64,000 nucleotides of DNA from an uncultured Planctomycetota bacterium (GTDB taxonomy: Bacteria; Planctomycetota; Planctomycetia; Isosphaerales; Isosphaeraceae): positions 1 through 64,000 of the forward strand of contig CAWJTV010000039.1 of the NCBI GenBank assembly GCA_963845755.1, in the 5' to 3' direction. Positions 1-9,460 of this stretch are shown here, piece after piece. The notes under the pieces are model-generated. The model ran no database searches. It saw only the letters and a list, made by a program, of their open reading frames with translations, and was not told the origin of the DNA. Both the position numbers and the translations under genes were made by a program. Position 1 is the stretch's first letter. The number at the start of each line of letters is the position of its first letter.

Positions 1-47
1 AATTTGCACCCAAAGCACACAGCGCCAGGTCCAAGCACGTCTCAGGC

Positions 48-329
48 GCCCTCCTCGATCTGGTCACGACGCGCAGGTTCAATCTGTGCTTGGATATGGT
101 AGGGCTCCTCGGCTAGGCCGATTCCTCGCTGGCCACGCCGGTCGTTTACGCCGCCGCCTGCCGTTGGGCGCACGAGGGGGATGCCTGGCACTCTCGGGCG
201 TGGACTCACACCTTCGTGGTCGGTCGGCCGCTGCCGCTCTGGCCGTTTTGGCTGGCCGAAAACCTCGCGGTGCCCCTGGATTTCGAAGCGACCTACGAAG
301 AGACTTGCCGCATCCTGCGCATCCCGTAA
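48..329 (+). pseudogene. DUF4058-family protein, C-terminal relic
   Basis: Own translation: LLDLVTTRRFNLC...G*ADSSLATPVVYAAACRW...GRPLPLWPFWLAENLAVPLDFEATYEETCRILRIP*. This resembles the planctomycete DUF4058 C-terminus. In-frame TAG at 113-115 and no 5' part visible. Confidence 0.65.
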
Positions 330-447
330 CGCGGCGACCTGAGTCGAACCGTGCATTCAGCGGACGACGTCGTGATCTGCAATGTGAAATCACTTCCCAT
401 CGGGATGGCCGGGTGAGACTCATTGGACGGGAAATAAACTTGAAACT

Positions 448-481
448 TGGTCTAACCCCATGGATGGTCTGACCCCATGGA
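448..481. repeat. 17-bp tandem direct repeat, REP-like (GGTCTGACCCC core)
   Basis: tggtctaaccccatgga (448-464) followed by tggtctgaccccatgga (465-481), one mismatch. Confidence 0.8.
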
Positions 482-819
482 CAGCCGGGCTCGGCCGTTG
501 AATTGCGGAGCTACTTCGCCCTGCCGAGGTCGGACGAGAATCAGCTACGACTCGAACAGACTGCGATCAACATCACGCCGCGTGAGGGGCGACCTACCCG
601 GTGCGTGCGGGAATCAGCTTCGCCGATCTGGACCTGATTCCTCACGGTAGCCGAGGAAATGCGGCCATCGACGAAGCCATCGATCGACTCTCTGGCTTTT
701 TCAATGACGATGAGAATTGGCATCGCGTCGAATTGCTGGCCGATGGACTCGAAGACTGGAATTGGGCCAATCGGTTCGACCTTGGACACTTCTGCGCCGT
801 CACGGGATTGCAGCCATGA
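482..819 (+). pseudogene. 3' fragment of a hypothetical protein
   Basis: Protein-like frame (...ISFADLDLIPHGSRGNAAIDEAIDRLSGFFNDDENWHRVELLADGLEDWNWANRFDLGHFCAVTGLQP*) that starts abruptly after the 448-481 repeat. No family recognised. Confidence 0.35.
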
Positions 820-907
820 TTCTTCCGGACCCGGCGGAGATTTCACGTGCCGCGCCTCGCCTCGACTGACTTTTCTGCTTCTGTGCTGTCTTGCTATTCG
901 GGACTCT

Positions 908-3900
908 TCACCTGGCGCGCCTCGCTTGGAGCCGGCGTGCGACCGGAAAGGCGTCCCAGAGCCGCACCGTGGAGTCGCCCGAGCCGGAGACCAGCGTCTC
1001 GCCGTCCGGGCTGAACGCCAACGAGAAGACGTACGAGGAATGGCCCGGGAGTCGCACCAGCTCCTCGCCCGTGGCCGTGTCCCAGACGCAAATGCTCCGG
1101 TCGTGGCCGCCGGAGGCGATCCGCGTCCCGTCGGGGTGGAAGATGGCCGCGAGCACCTCGAGGCTGTGGCCGGCAAAGGTCCGGACTAAACGGCCTGTCT
1201 CCGAGTCCCAGAGCCGTAGCGTCGGATCCTGGCCGGCGGTCAGGATCTGGCGGCCGTCGGGGCTGAAGACGACCGACTGGATCCGCCCCGTGAAGCCGGA
1301 AAGCTCGGCGAGCAACTCGCCGGAATTCGCGTCGACGATGACGACCTTCGGGTCATCCCCCCCGGCCGCGAGTCGACGGCCGTCGGGGCTGAACGCCACG
1401 ACCCGGGCGGATCGGAGCGGGAGGCGCAGCGGTGCAAGCTCGGCGCGGGTCGCCAGGTCCCAAAAGCGGACACCCGACTCGGTGATTTCGCCGGGAGAGT
1501 TGCCGGCCTCGCTGACACCGTGCCCGGTGAGGGCGCCGAGCCGCTTGCCATCCGGGCTGAACACCAAGCTGTAAACCGAGTCCCTGTGATACATGCCCAG
1601 ATGCTTCAGATGGGGCTCGGATTCCTCGCCGGTCGCGGTGTCCCAAATGCGAATGGTCGAGTCCTCACCCCAGGACGCCAGGCGGGCCCCATCGGGGCTG
1701 AAGGCCAGCGCGCCGAGTGGCCTGGTGTGACCCCTCAGCGTGCGCGCCGGGCTGCCGCCCGCCGCGTCCCACAGGCGGACGGTCGAATCCCAAGACCCCG
1801 AGGCGATCCAGCGCCCGTCCCCGCTGTAGGCGACCGGATAGACGTAGCTGGTGTGACCGCGGAGCACGCGGGTGTCTTCCAGGCTGGTGACGTCCCATAG
1901 CCGGGCGGTGCCATCCCTGGCAGTCGAGGCGATCGTGCGGCCATCTCCGCCGAAGGCCACGCGGGTCACTTGAGCGGAGTGTCCATTGAGGACAAGCAGG
2001 GCCTCGCCGCCGTCGGCGTTCCAGAGCCGGAGCGTGCTGTCGCTGCCCCCCGAGACAAGCCGGCGGCCGTCCGGGCTGAACGCGACGCACGTGACGCCGC
2101 CGACATGGCCATGGAGGGTGCGAAGCAGGCGACCCGTCTCGACTTCCCACACGCGGATGGTCTGGTCGTCCGCGCACGTGGCCAGGCGCAACCCGTCCGG
2201 GCTGTATGCGACGCCGCGGACGATGCCCTGATGGCCCGAGAGGATCGCGGCCGGCTTTCCGGTTTCCGCATCGAAGAGGAAGACCTGTTGGCTCTCCTGG
2301 ACCGCCGCGATGCGAGTGCCGTCGGGGCTGAAATCGAGCGCCAGGAGATAGGAGTCGGGTCCGCCGCAAGTCGCAGTCCTCAGCCCGGTGGCGGTGTCGA
2401 ACACCTCGATCAGCGGCGCCGAGCCGTAGGGTGAGGTCTGCAGCGCGAGCCGTCGGCCGTCTCGGCTCATCGCCGTCACGAAGTCGCAACCGTCATGCCC
2501 GATCGAGTAAGCGGGCGGCAGCGTGATCCGGCTCAGGGTGACGCCGCCCGCGTCGGTGAGCGAGAAGGATGGGGTGTCCACCGATTGGTCGAGGATGAAG
2601 CGCAGTCCCGAGCGCGTTCCGAAGGCGTACAGCGCGTGGCACGGTCGGTCGGCGGCACGGACGGCGAGCGGCTTCCCGGTGACGGCGTCGAGGATCCGGT
2701 ACCCCCGGCCGTCGGCCACGGCGATCCGTTCGCCGGGTGGGCAGAAGGCGACGGATCCAAGCTCGGGCAGTCCGGTGACGACGGCGAGGCTCTGGTCGAG
2801 CCGGCCCTGGAGGTGCCGCCACTCCCAGCCGCGCCGCTCCTCCGGGGCCAACCGGAGCTGACGGCCCGCCTCCCGGACGTCGTTATGGCCCATCGCCGCC
2901 ATGGCCGCCGCCAGGCGTGCCTGGTACGCCTCACCCAGGGCGGCCATCCGCGCGGCCTCGGCTTGAAGGGCACTCGCAGTGGCCCGCTGCGCGTTGCGGT
3001 CGGCGAGCTGCCGCGCCTGTGACTCGCGCACGGCCATGACGCCCGTCGCCGTCGTCCCCAGCGGCGATCGCCGCCAGGATACCGGCCACGCCCCAGACCA
3101 CGGCCTGGTTGCGTCGGGCTAGCTTCACCCAGCGGTCGAGGGTCGAAGGCGGCCGCGCCAGCACCGGCTCGCCGCTCGAGGAACCGGCCGAGGTCGTCGG
3201 CCAGCTCCGCCGCGCTCGGAATAACGCCGCGCCGGCTCCTTCTCCAGGCACTTCAGGCTGATCGTCTCCAGGTCGCGCGGTACGTCCGGCTGGAGCCGCC
3301 GCGGTGGGATCGGGTCTTCGCTCGCCACGATGGCCAGCGTCGATTCGATCGAGCCGGAGACGAACGGCGGTCGTCCCGTGAGCAGCTCATAGAGGATCGC
3401 GCCCAAGGAATAGATATCGACCGCGGGGCCGAGCGCCCGTCCCTTGCCGTCGACCTGCTCCGGCGCCATGTAGCTGGGGGTGCCCAGGATCAGCCCGTGC
3501 TGGGTCAAGCTCACGTCATCAAGGCGCTTGGCCAGGCCGAAATCGGCGAGCTTCGGCGTCCAGATCGAGGTGGAGAGCGAAGCGATCGCACTGCCCATGG
3601 AGATCGGCCTCCCCATCGCGGGCCCGACGCCGTCTGCGTGCCGACCGGCTCGAGCAGGACGTTGGCCGGCTTAAGGTCGCGGTGGAGGATCCCTTGCTGG
3701 TGGGCGCAGGCGATGGCGCGGGCCAGGGTCTCGACCAGCGTGGCGGCCGCCCGGGCCGGCTGCGGCCGGCCCTGGCAGGCCCGGGCCAGCGTGGGGCCGC
3801 TGACCAGCTCCATGGTGAAGTAGGGGCAGCCGTCGCACTGGCCGATGTCGTAGATCTGGATGATATTGGGGTGGTGCAGCCGGGCCACGGCCTCGGCTTC

Positions 3901-4423
3901 GGTGCGGAAGCGGGCCCGGTCGACGGCGCCGGCGCGGGCCCCGGCGTGGATCATCTTCAAGGCGACCAGCCGATTCAAGCCGACCTGCCGCGCCGGTAGA
4001 CCACGCCCATGCCGCCCCGGCTGAGCTCGCCGAGGATCTCGTAGCCGGGAACCGCCGCCGGGGGCGGCGCGACGCCAGCAAGCCAGCCCGGGCTCACGCC
4101 GAGTCGTCACTGGCTTGGCTCGCGATCCCGTCGCGCGACCGCCTTGAGCAGCACATTCCGGCGGCGCCGTCGCCGCCGGCAAGGTGCGGCGCAGCCGCTC
4201 GCAGGAACTCGGGCGCCGGCTCGGGTTCGGCGTCGTCGTTGCCGATCAAGGCCGAATGCGCGCAGGGCGGGACCTCGGCTCGTCAACCGGTCCAGAAGTC
4301 CCTGGCAGGCGGTGCAGACCTCGACGTGCGCCGCCACGTCCTCGCTCGCCGTCCGCGCTCAAGTGTCCCGCCCAGGAACTGCTCCAGTAGCTCACGCCCG
4401 GCACAGCCTCTCATCGCAATCAT
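908..4423 (-). CDS. Membrane Ser/Thr protein kinase with N-terminal zinc-finger anti-sigma (ZAS-like) motif and C-terminal WD40 propellers; frameshifted in this sequence
   Basis: Stitched frames give HVEVCTACQ (HxxxCxxC), [43 protein letters not shown], a hydrophobic segment ([13 protein letters not shown]) and many GH...WD repeats (908-3037). ATG at 4423 lies just after the sigma stop. Confidence 0.9.
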
Positions 4424-4429
4424 CTGCCT

Positions 4430-5048
4430 TTACGTCTCTTGGTCTTCGTCCCACTCGAGAGTCTCGACCTCCTCGCGGAGCAGCCGCTGGATGTTGCTCC
4501 GGGCGGCGTAGACGTTGGCGATCTTCATGTCCAGCCGCCGGGCGACTTCGCGGGGTTCCACGCCGTCGATGGCCGTGAGCCGGAACGCCTCCCAGTTGTG
4601 CGGGGCGACCCGGAGCCGGACCCGGACCATGGCCTTCTCCAGCAGCTCGCGATCAAACTCCTGATCCAGACGCTGAACAAGGTCGTCGCGGGCCGCGATC
4701 GTGAGCAGCCGTTCCCATTGCCGACTGTCGCCGCCCCCGGTCAACACGTGTCGCCGGCTGGTCACCAGGTTGTGCCAGGCGTGGTGGGTGATTGTCTTCA
4801 GCCACGCACGAAAGCTCTGCGCCGGGTCATAGACGAAATCCTTCATCTTGGCCACGAGCAGCACGAGCACCTGCTGCGTCACTTCCTCGGCATCGGCGTC
4901 CTGGAGCTGCCAGTGTCGACACCACTTGTAGATCTGGCGGCCGTAGTGGTCGACGAAGTCGCGCCAGGCCATCTTCGTCGGCGGCGCCCGAACGGTACAA
5001 GCGGCCGAGCAAGCTAGCTCGCGTGGTGAGGTCGCATGCGTAACCCAT
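4430..5048 (-). CDS. ECF sigma-70 factor (planctomycete kinase-associated type); one apparent frameshift near 4975
   Basis: MGYACDLTTRASLLGRL...(D)EMAWRDFVDHYGRQIYKWC...DADAEEVTQQV...SFRAWLKTI...WEAFRLTAIDG...EVARRLDMKIANVYAARSNIQRLL: sigma regions 2 and 4. Confidence 0.9.
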
Positions 5049-5052
5049 CTGT

Positions 5053-5270
5053 AAATACCTGCCCAGAGGTCCGGATCTAAGGGCGCACGGCAACACTTTT
5101 TCCGCACAGCCCTCAGTATCTCAATGGTCATTGCCGATTGCACCGGACACTCCGACATGTTTTTTTTCGGAATATTCGCCGACCGCTACCAGAACCCGGT
5201 CCGCTGGATTGTGATCCGCCGACAACACCTGAAGTGCCCGGTCAGGAGTTGGAAGACCTTGACAGCGAGG
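5053..5270. promoter_or_regulatory. Bidirectional promoter-like cassette, copy 1
   Basis: Minus-strand motif CGCCCTTAGA-N14-CAGGTATTT at 5085-5053. Degenerate plus-strand motif CGCTACCAGA-N14-ATTGTGATC at 5184-5216. Homologous to 6008-6220 and 8990-9200. Confidence 0.7.
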
Positions 5271-5869
5271 TTTTTGGCCGCGGGGCTGGTCGAAAGTCAA
5301 TGGGTCGTCGTGCTTGTTCCGTCGTCGCGCGGACCAGGACGACAGCGCCGACGGCGACGGCGGGAGCAAGCAGGGCGAGACCGCCGGGTTCAGGGACGCT
5401 CGAGAGCGTCCCGACATAGGATCCGGTGATCGCGCCGGTCGTCGGTCCGGTGCTGACTTCCGTCCCGGTCACGGTTATTTCCCCCGTGGCCCCCGCAAAC
5501 AACCCGGTTCCCCCCGTGAACACGATCTCGATTTCAAATGTGCCGGTTCCCATGCCGGTCGTGGTGCCGCTCCCGGAACTGATGCCGAATAATGTCCCCT
5601 CGGAATAGGTCTGCGAGCACGTCCCATTCGAGATGATGATGTCCAGCGGATTGCTGAAGTCGACGGTCGACTCGCGATTGCATTGCAAACGAACCCAGGA
5701 GCGTGTCGTCTCCCACGCCGGTAAAGGTCTGGAGAAAGACGGGCGGCGAAATGGGCGTGAGGGTGGTGTCTCCTGATAGATCGCCTGAGATCGAGCCGGC
5801 GCCTGCCGGCGCGGCGAGGCCCCCCAGAACAACGAGGGCCACGAGAGGTAGAGTAATCGAGCGTCTCAT
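5242..5869 (-). CDS. PEP-CTERM sorting-domain protein (frameshift near 5675; exact stop uncertain)
   Basis: Signal peptide MRRSITLPLVALVVLGGLAAPAGA, Thr/Gly-rich body, VPEPGGLALLAPAVAVGAVVLVR. Confidence 0.85.
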
Positions 5870-6007
5870 TGCGAGGTGTCCTTCCGATATCTGGGGGCCG
5901 TGATCGCCTGACGCGCACGGTGGGAATCTTCATCGGCGGCGCCCGACCGAGCCAACCGGCCCAACACGTTGGCTCGCGTCGTCAGGTCGCTCGATAGCCT
6001 CATCAGT

Positions 6008-6220
6008 GATTACAAGTCGAGAAGCCTAGATCTAAGGGCGTGGGATGACTTTTTTCGGCGGGCCGCTATTCTCCAAATGGTTATTGCCATCGGCAGCGAA
6101 CAGCAGACAGCTTTTTGCGGGAATTTCGCCCGCCGCCCTTAGAACCAAGTCACCGGGCTTGTAATCCTTCCAGAGTACCCGAGGCAGCCGGTCAGGGCGG
6201 TGGACAGCCTTGAGAGCAAC
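6008..6220. promoter_or_regulatory. Bidirectional promoter-like cassette, copy 2
   Basis: CGCCCTTAGA-N14-CTTGTAATC on the minus strand (6040-6008) and on the plus strand (6134-6166), between divergent PEP-CTERM genes. Confidence 0.8.
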
Positions 6221-6339
6221 CCGGCGCCGACCGGTTTCTTCGGGACCCTGCGCAGCGAGAGCTCGCGCCGGATCGGCGGGGGTTGATCCCACCGAAACGA
6301 CCGGCAGCCAGTGCACCTTACACAACGGAGATTCACACC

Positions 6340-6921
6340 GTGAGATCGATCTTGAAGTTTTGCCTCGGACTCGTGGTGATCGGGCTAGTGGGTGAGGAAT
6401 TCGGCGCGGGCCAGGCTTACGCCGGGCTGACCGGATACACGGTGACCGGCGGTTTCGCCTTTAATGACACTGGCGGCCCGCTCGATTCGGGCACAATCTT
6501 TACGCCCAGCGGTTCGACGACCGTTCCTGGCACGATTGACGTTTTTGGGGGGCTAGCCACATTCGCCGCCAACTCATTTCAACTTTCCCTTACATCGGGA
6601 ACGAACTTCTCGGCTATCCCTTTCGTCGGGTTCATTTTCGAGACGGAAGCATCCGCCCCGGCTTTCACGGGAGTTACGATTCTGTCGACGCACGACATTC
6701 TGTCGGCGACAACCATAGCTCCGGACTTCACCGCCGCGGACGTGTCATCTAACGCGCACGAAGTGACGCTGAACTTTTCCGGTTTGTTTGCGGCCGGCCC
6801 AGGGTCGGTTGATATCGGATTCACCACACTACCCGAGCCTCCCTCAATCACCATGGGACTGACCGGGCTGGCGATGGCCGGCGGGTTCGGTTTGTCACGG
6901 CGACTTCGTGCGGCCAGCTGA
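6340..6921 (+). CDS. PEP-CTERM sorting-domain protein
   Basis: GTG start with GGAG RBS, signal peptide ending AYA, C-terminal LPEPPSITMGLTGLAMAGGFGLSRRLR. Confidence 0.85.
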   Translation: MRSILKFCLGLVVIGLVGEEFGAGQAYAGLTGYTVTGGFAFNDTGGPLDSGTIFTPSGSTTVPGTIDVFGGLATFAANSFQLSLTSGTNFSAIPFVGFIFETEASAPAFTGVTILSTHDILSATTIAPDFTAADVSSNAHEVTLNFSGLFAAGPGSVDIGFTTLPEPPSITMGLTGLAMAGGFGLSRRLRAAS

Positions 6922-7059
6922 GCTTCCTGCCCGACTTGGTCTCTGGGCGACTGCGCGGGAAGGCGCCTGACGCGGTCGCGCCTGACGCAGCTCATGAAAC
7001 GAACGAAGAATCCGCGAGTCGTTCCTGGCCCGTTCCCTTACTTCAAGAGGAGTCTACTG

Positions 7060-7872
7060 ATGAGGTCCTACTCGCCACTCCAACGGTTCTGGATTTCCCT
7101 CGTCATCGTCAGCACAGGTTTCGCGACCACGCCGGCCCATGGCGGTTGGTCGTACATCTACGTCACGAACGCCAGCGGCACGAAGGTCGCCGAGGTCGCG
7201 GAGCAGATCTTTTCCACGGGCACGCCCCTCGGTTATGACTACGAATACCGGGTTCTGAATCTCAGTCCGTCCGAAGCACCCATCATGGGATTTCTGGGCT
7301 ACGTGGGCAACCAGGCTGGCGCGGTGATACAGACAAGCTTCACGAACCCTCCCCTCATCCCTCCCCCCAGTTACGGAACTGTTTTCGGCTCCGTCGGCAA
7401 TCCAACGGTTCCGTTTCTCACAGCCGAGGCCAACACGTACTCCCCCGTAGGTTGGAACTTCACTGAGTACGACCAACGCCCGAGCGCCGTGACGGGTTAC
7501 GGGGTCCTTTGGACCACGCTCGTGCAGCCTCTTCCCTATGACCGCTGGACGGAATTTGACCTCTACAGCACCAATGGTCCAGTTAAGGGTGGGGGCGCCG
7601 TGGGTCCGTTCGCCGGGCCTGGTGGAATCGGTGTCGATATCTTTGGTGGCCTCTATCTGACTAATTTCACCGCGAGCGTGCCGATTTCGAGCAGCCAGGA
7701 CATGGCAAATCCATTTCCCGGCTACTCGGCATACAGTGTTCCGGAGCCCGGCTCAGTTGTCCTGCTAGCGAGCGGTGCGATGATCCTCGGTTACTGGGTG
7801 CGATGGCGCAGTCGGTCGATGTGCGGGGCCGCCGCCAGGACGAGAGAGCCGACGCGCCGGGCTGCTGATTAG
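7060..7872 (+). CDS. PEP-CTERM sorting-domain protein
   Basis: GAGGAG RBS before ATG 7060, signal peptide ending AHG, VPEPGSVVLLASGAMILGYWVRWRSR. Confidence 0.9.
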   Translation: MRSYSPLQRFWISLVIVSTGFATTPAHGGWSYIYVTNASGTKVAEVAEQIFSTGTPLGYDYEYRVLNLSPSEAPIMGFLGYVGNQAGAVIQTSFTNPPLIPPPSYGTVFGSVGNPTVPFLTAEANTYSPVGWNFTEYDQRPSAVTGYGVLWTTLVQPLPYDRWTEFDLYSTNGPVKGGGAVGPFAGPGGIGVDIFGGLYLTNFTASVPISSSQDMANPFPGYSAYSVPEPGSVVLLASGAMILGYWVRWRSRSMCGAAARTREPTRRAAD

Positions 7873-7903
7873 TTGGCGTCAGCGCGGATTAATTGGTGTC
7901 AGC
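7867..7903. repeat. 17-bp imperfect direct repeat (AATTGGTGTCAG core), REP-like
   Basis: gattagttggcgtcagc (7867-7883) and gattaattggtgtcagc (7887-7903). Confidence 0.7.
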
Positions 7904-7976
7904 ATATTTGTGTAATTGTTGATATTCAGCTCGGTCGCCGTGCTGGACTTAAGTGGGTTGGCGGTGAAGTTGTAAT

Positions 7977-8474
7977 CTGATCACCTTCAGCGGACCGGGG
8001 GTGATCGGCGGCTCGGTGCCCGACGGCAACTACACCCTGATCACCTTGTACAAGAAGGTGAATGTCGTCTCCGGCCCGCCGATCACGGCCAACGACGTCA
8101 ACACGTTCTTCCGCCTTTTCGGCGACGTCAACGGCGATGGCGTCGTGAACTCCCTGGACAAGGTCTACCTCTTGCAGGCGGAGGCCAACCCAGCGTCACC
8201 TTATGCACCTGACTTCGAGCATGACGGCAAGGACGTGATCGATAAGACCGACATTGCCCAGTTCAACAAACGCTACAAGGGCTCAGTGGATCCGCCCGCG
8301 AAGGCCCCGGCCAAGTTCCCTGGTCGGAAGGTGCAGCATCATGTGGCGGCACATCACGCAGCGACGACGGCCCGACCGGCGGGCGCAACCCCCGTGAACA
8401 CCGTGGATCGGTCGCGGGTCTCCGGGATCCTTCCGCTGCCCCTTCACCGCATCCGACACGACCGGGATTCGTGA
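7977..8474 (+). pseudogene. Orphan C-terminal fragment (dockerin-like/EF-hand domain) of a giant surface-protein paralog
   Basis: Near-identical to 15833-~16260 (ITFSGPGVIGGSVPDGNYTL...FGDVNGDGVVN...DGKDVIDKTD), with no N-terminal part. Confidence 0.85.
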
Positions 8475-8619
8475 GGGTCAATCCCCCGGACGGACGATCG
8501 TCGCAAAGTCCTCGGGCGCTGCCCGGTCAACGGCATGATGCCCTGACTCGGGGAGGGTTTTTGCCCTCGATCTCACCGTGACCGTCTCCGCCGAGAACAG
8601 GCCGCAATCGAGTCGTCGG

Positions 8620-8950
8620 TTAGCCAGCCGTCGCCTCGCGCCGTTGCCCGCGGACCACAACGATCGCGCCGACGGCCACGGCGGGAGCGAGCAAGGCGAG
8701 AGTACAAGGTTCGGGGACGACCGAAAGCGACCCGACATAGGACCCGGTTATCGACTCCGTCGTCGAGCTGGTGCTGGTGATCGTTCCCGTGAACGTCGCG
8801 CCCCGTGGCCCCGGCGAACAACCCAGTTCCACCCGTGATCACGAAGTCGATCGTAAATGTGCGGGTTCCCATGCCGGTCGTGGTGCCGCTCCCGGAACTG
8901 GTGCCGACTAATGTCCCCTCGGAAAAGGTCTCCGAGAACGTCCCATTCGA
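8620..8950 (-). pseudogene. 5'-deleted paralog of the 5242-5869 PEP-CTERM gene
   Basis: GTTTGMGTRTFTIDFVITGGTGLFAGATG...VVPEPCTLALLAPAVAVGAIVVVRGQRR. The start codon and signal peptide are missing because of a deletion at about 8951. Confidence 0.85.
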
Positions 8951-8989
8951 GGCTCGCGTCGTCAGGTCGCACCATGGCCCCCCATTAGT

Positions 8990-9200
8990 GATTACAAGTC
9001 AAGTGACCAAGATCTAAGGGCGCGGAATATTTTTTTCGGCGGGCCGCTATCCTGCAAATGGATATTGCCATCGCCACGGGACAGCCGACAGTTTTTTTGG
9101 GAATTTCGTCCACCTCCCTTAGAACCGCACCCGTCGCCGTGTAATCTCTCCAGAGCAGTCGAGACATCCGGTTAGAGCGGTCGAGAGTCTTGACTGCAAC
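8990..9200. promoter_or_regulatory. Bidirectional promoter-like cassette, copy 3
   Basis: Minus-strand CGCCCTTAGA-N14-CTTGTAATC (9022-8990) and plus-strand CTCCCTTAGA-N14-CGTGTAATC (9114-9146). Confidence 0.8.
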
Positions 9201-9460
9201 CCAGAGCCAGCCGGTCTTTCGGCACTCTCGACCTCGAACGCGGCGCTCCATACCGTCGCCCCGCCCCATGCAAGTTCGCCGGCCCATTCGCCGACCACGT
9301 CGGCCAGGGGAGAGCGACGTCCCGAAGGCTTGACCCACGACATTCGCTGCGCCGCCTGTGCACCGGCGCAATCGTCCGTGGTCCGCTCCCACCGGCTTCG
9401 CGGCGGTTGGTCCGGCGGGCACGACCGGCGCCTTCGCGCCTCCACCAAGGGAGATTGTCC

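Noticed and set aside
6008..6166. Cassette as a MITE or structured ncRNA with terminal inverted repeats
   Set aside because: Across the three copies the 14-nt spacers are not consistently complementary, homology extends beyond the inverted boxes on one side, and no target duplications were seen. A promoter pair fits better.
7977..8474. Diversity-generating retroelement template/variable repeat pair with the SP1 C-terminus
   Set aside because: Differences inspected are mostly C/G/T third-position changes, not adenine-specific, and no reverse transcriptase is in the window.
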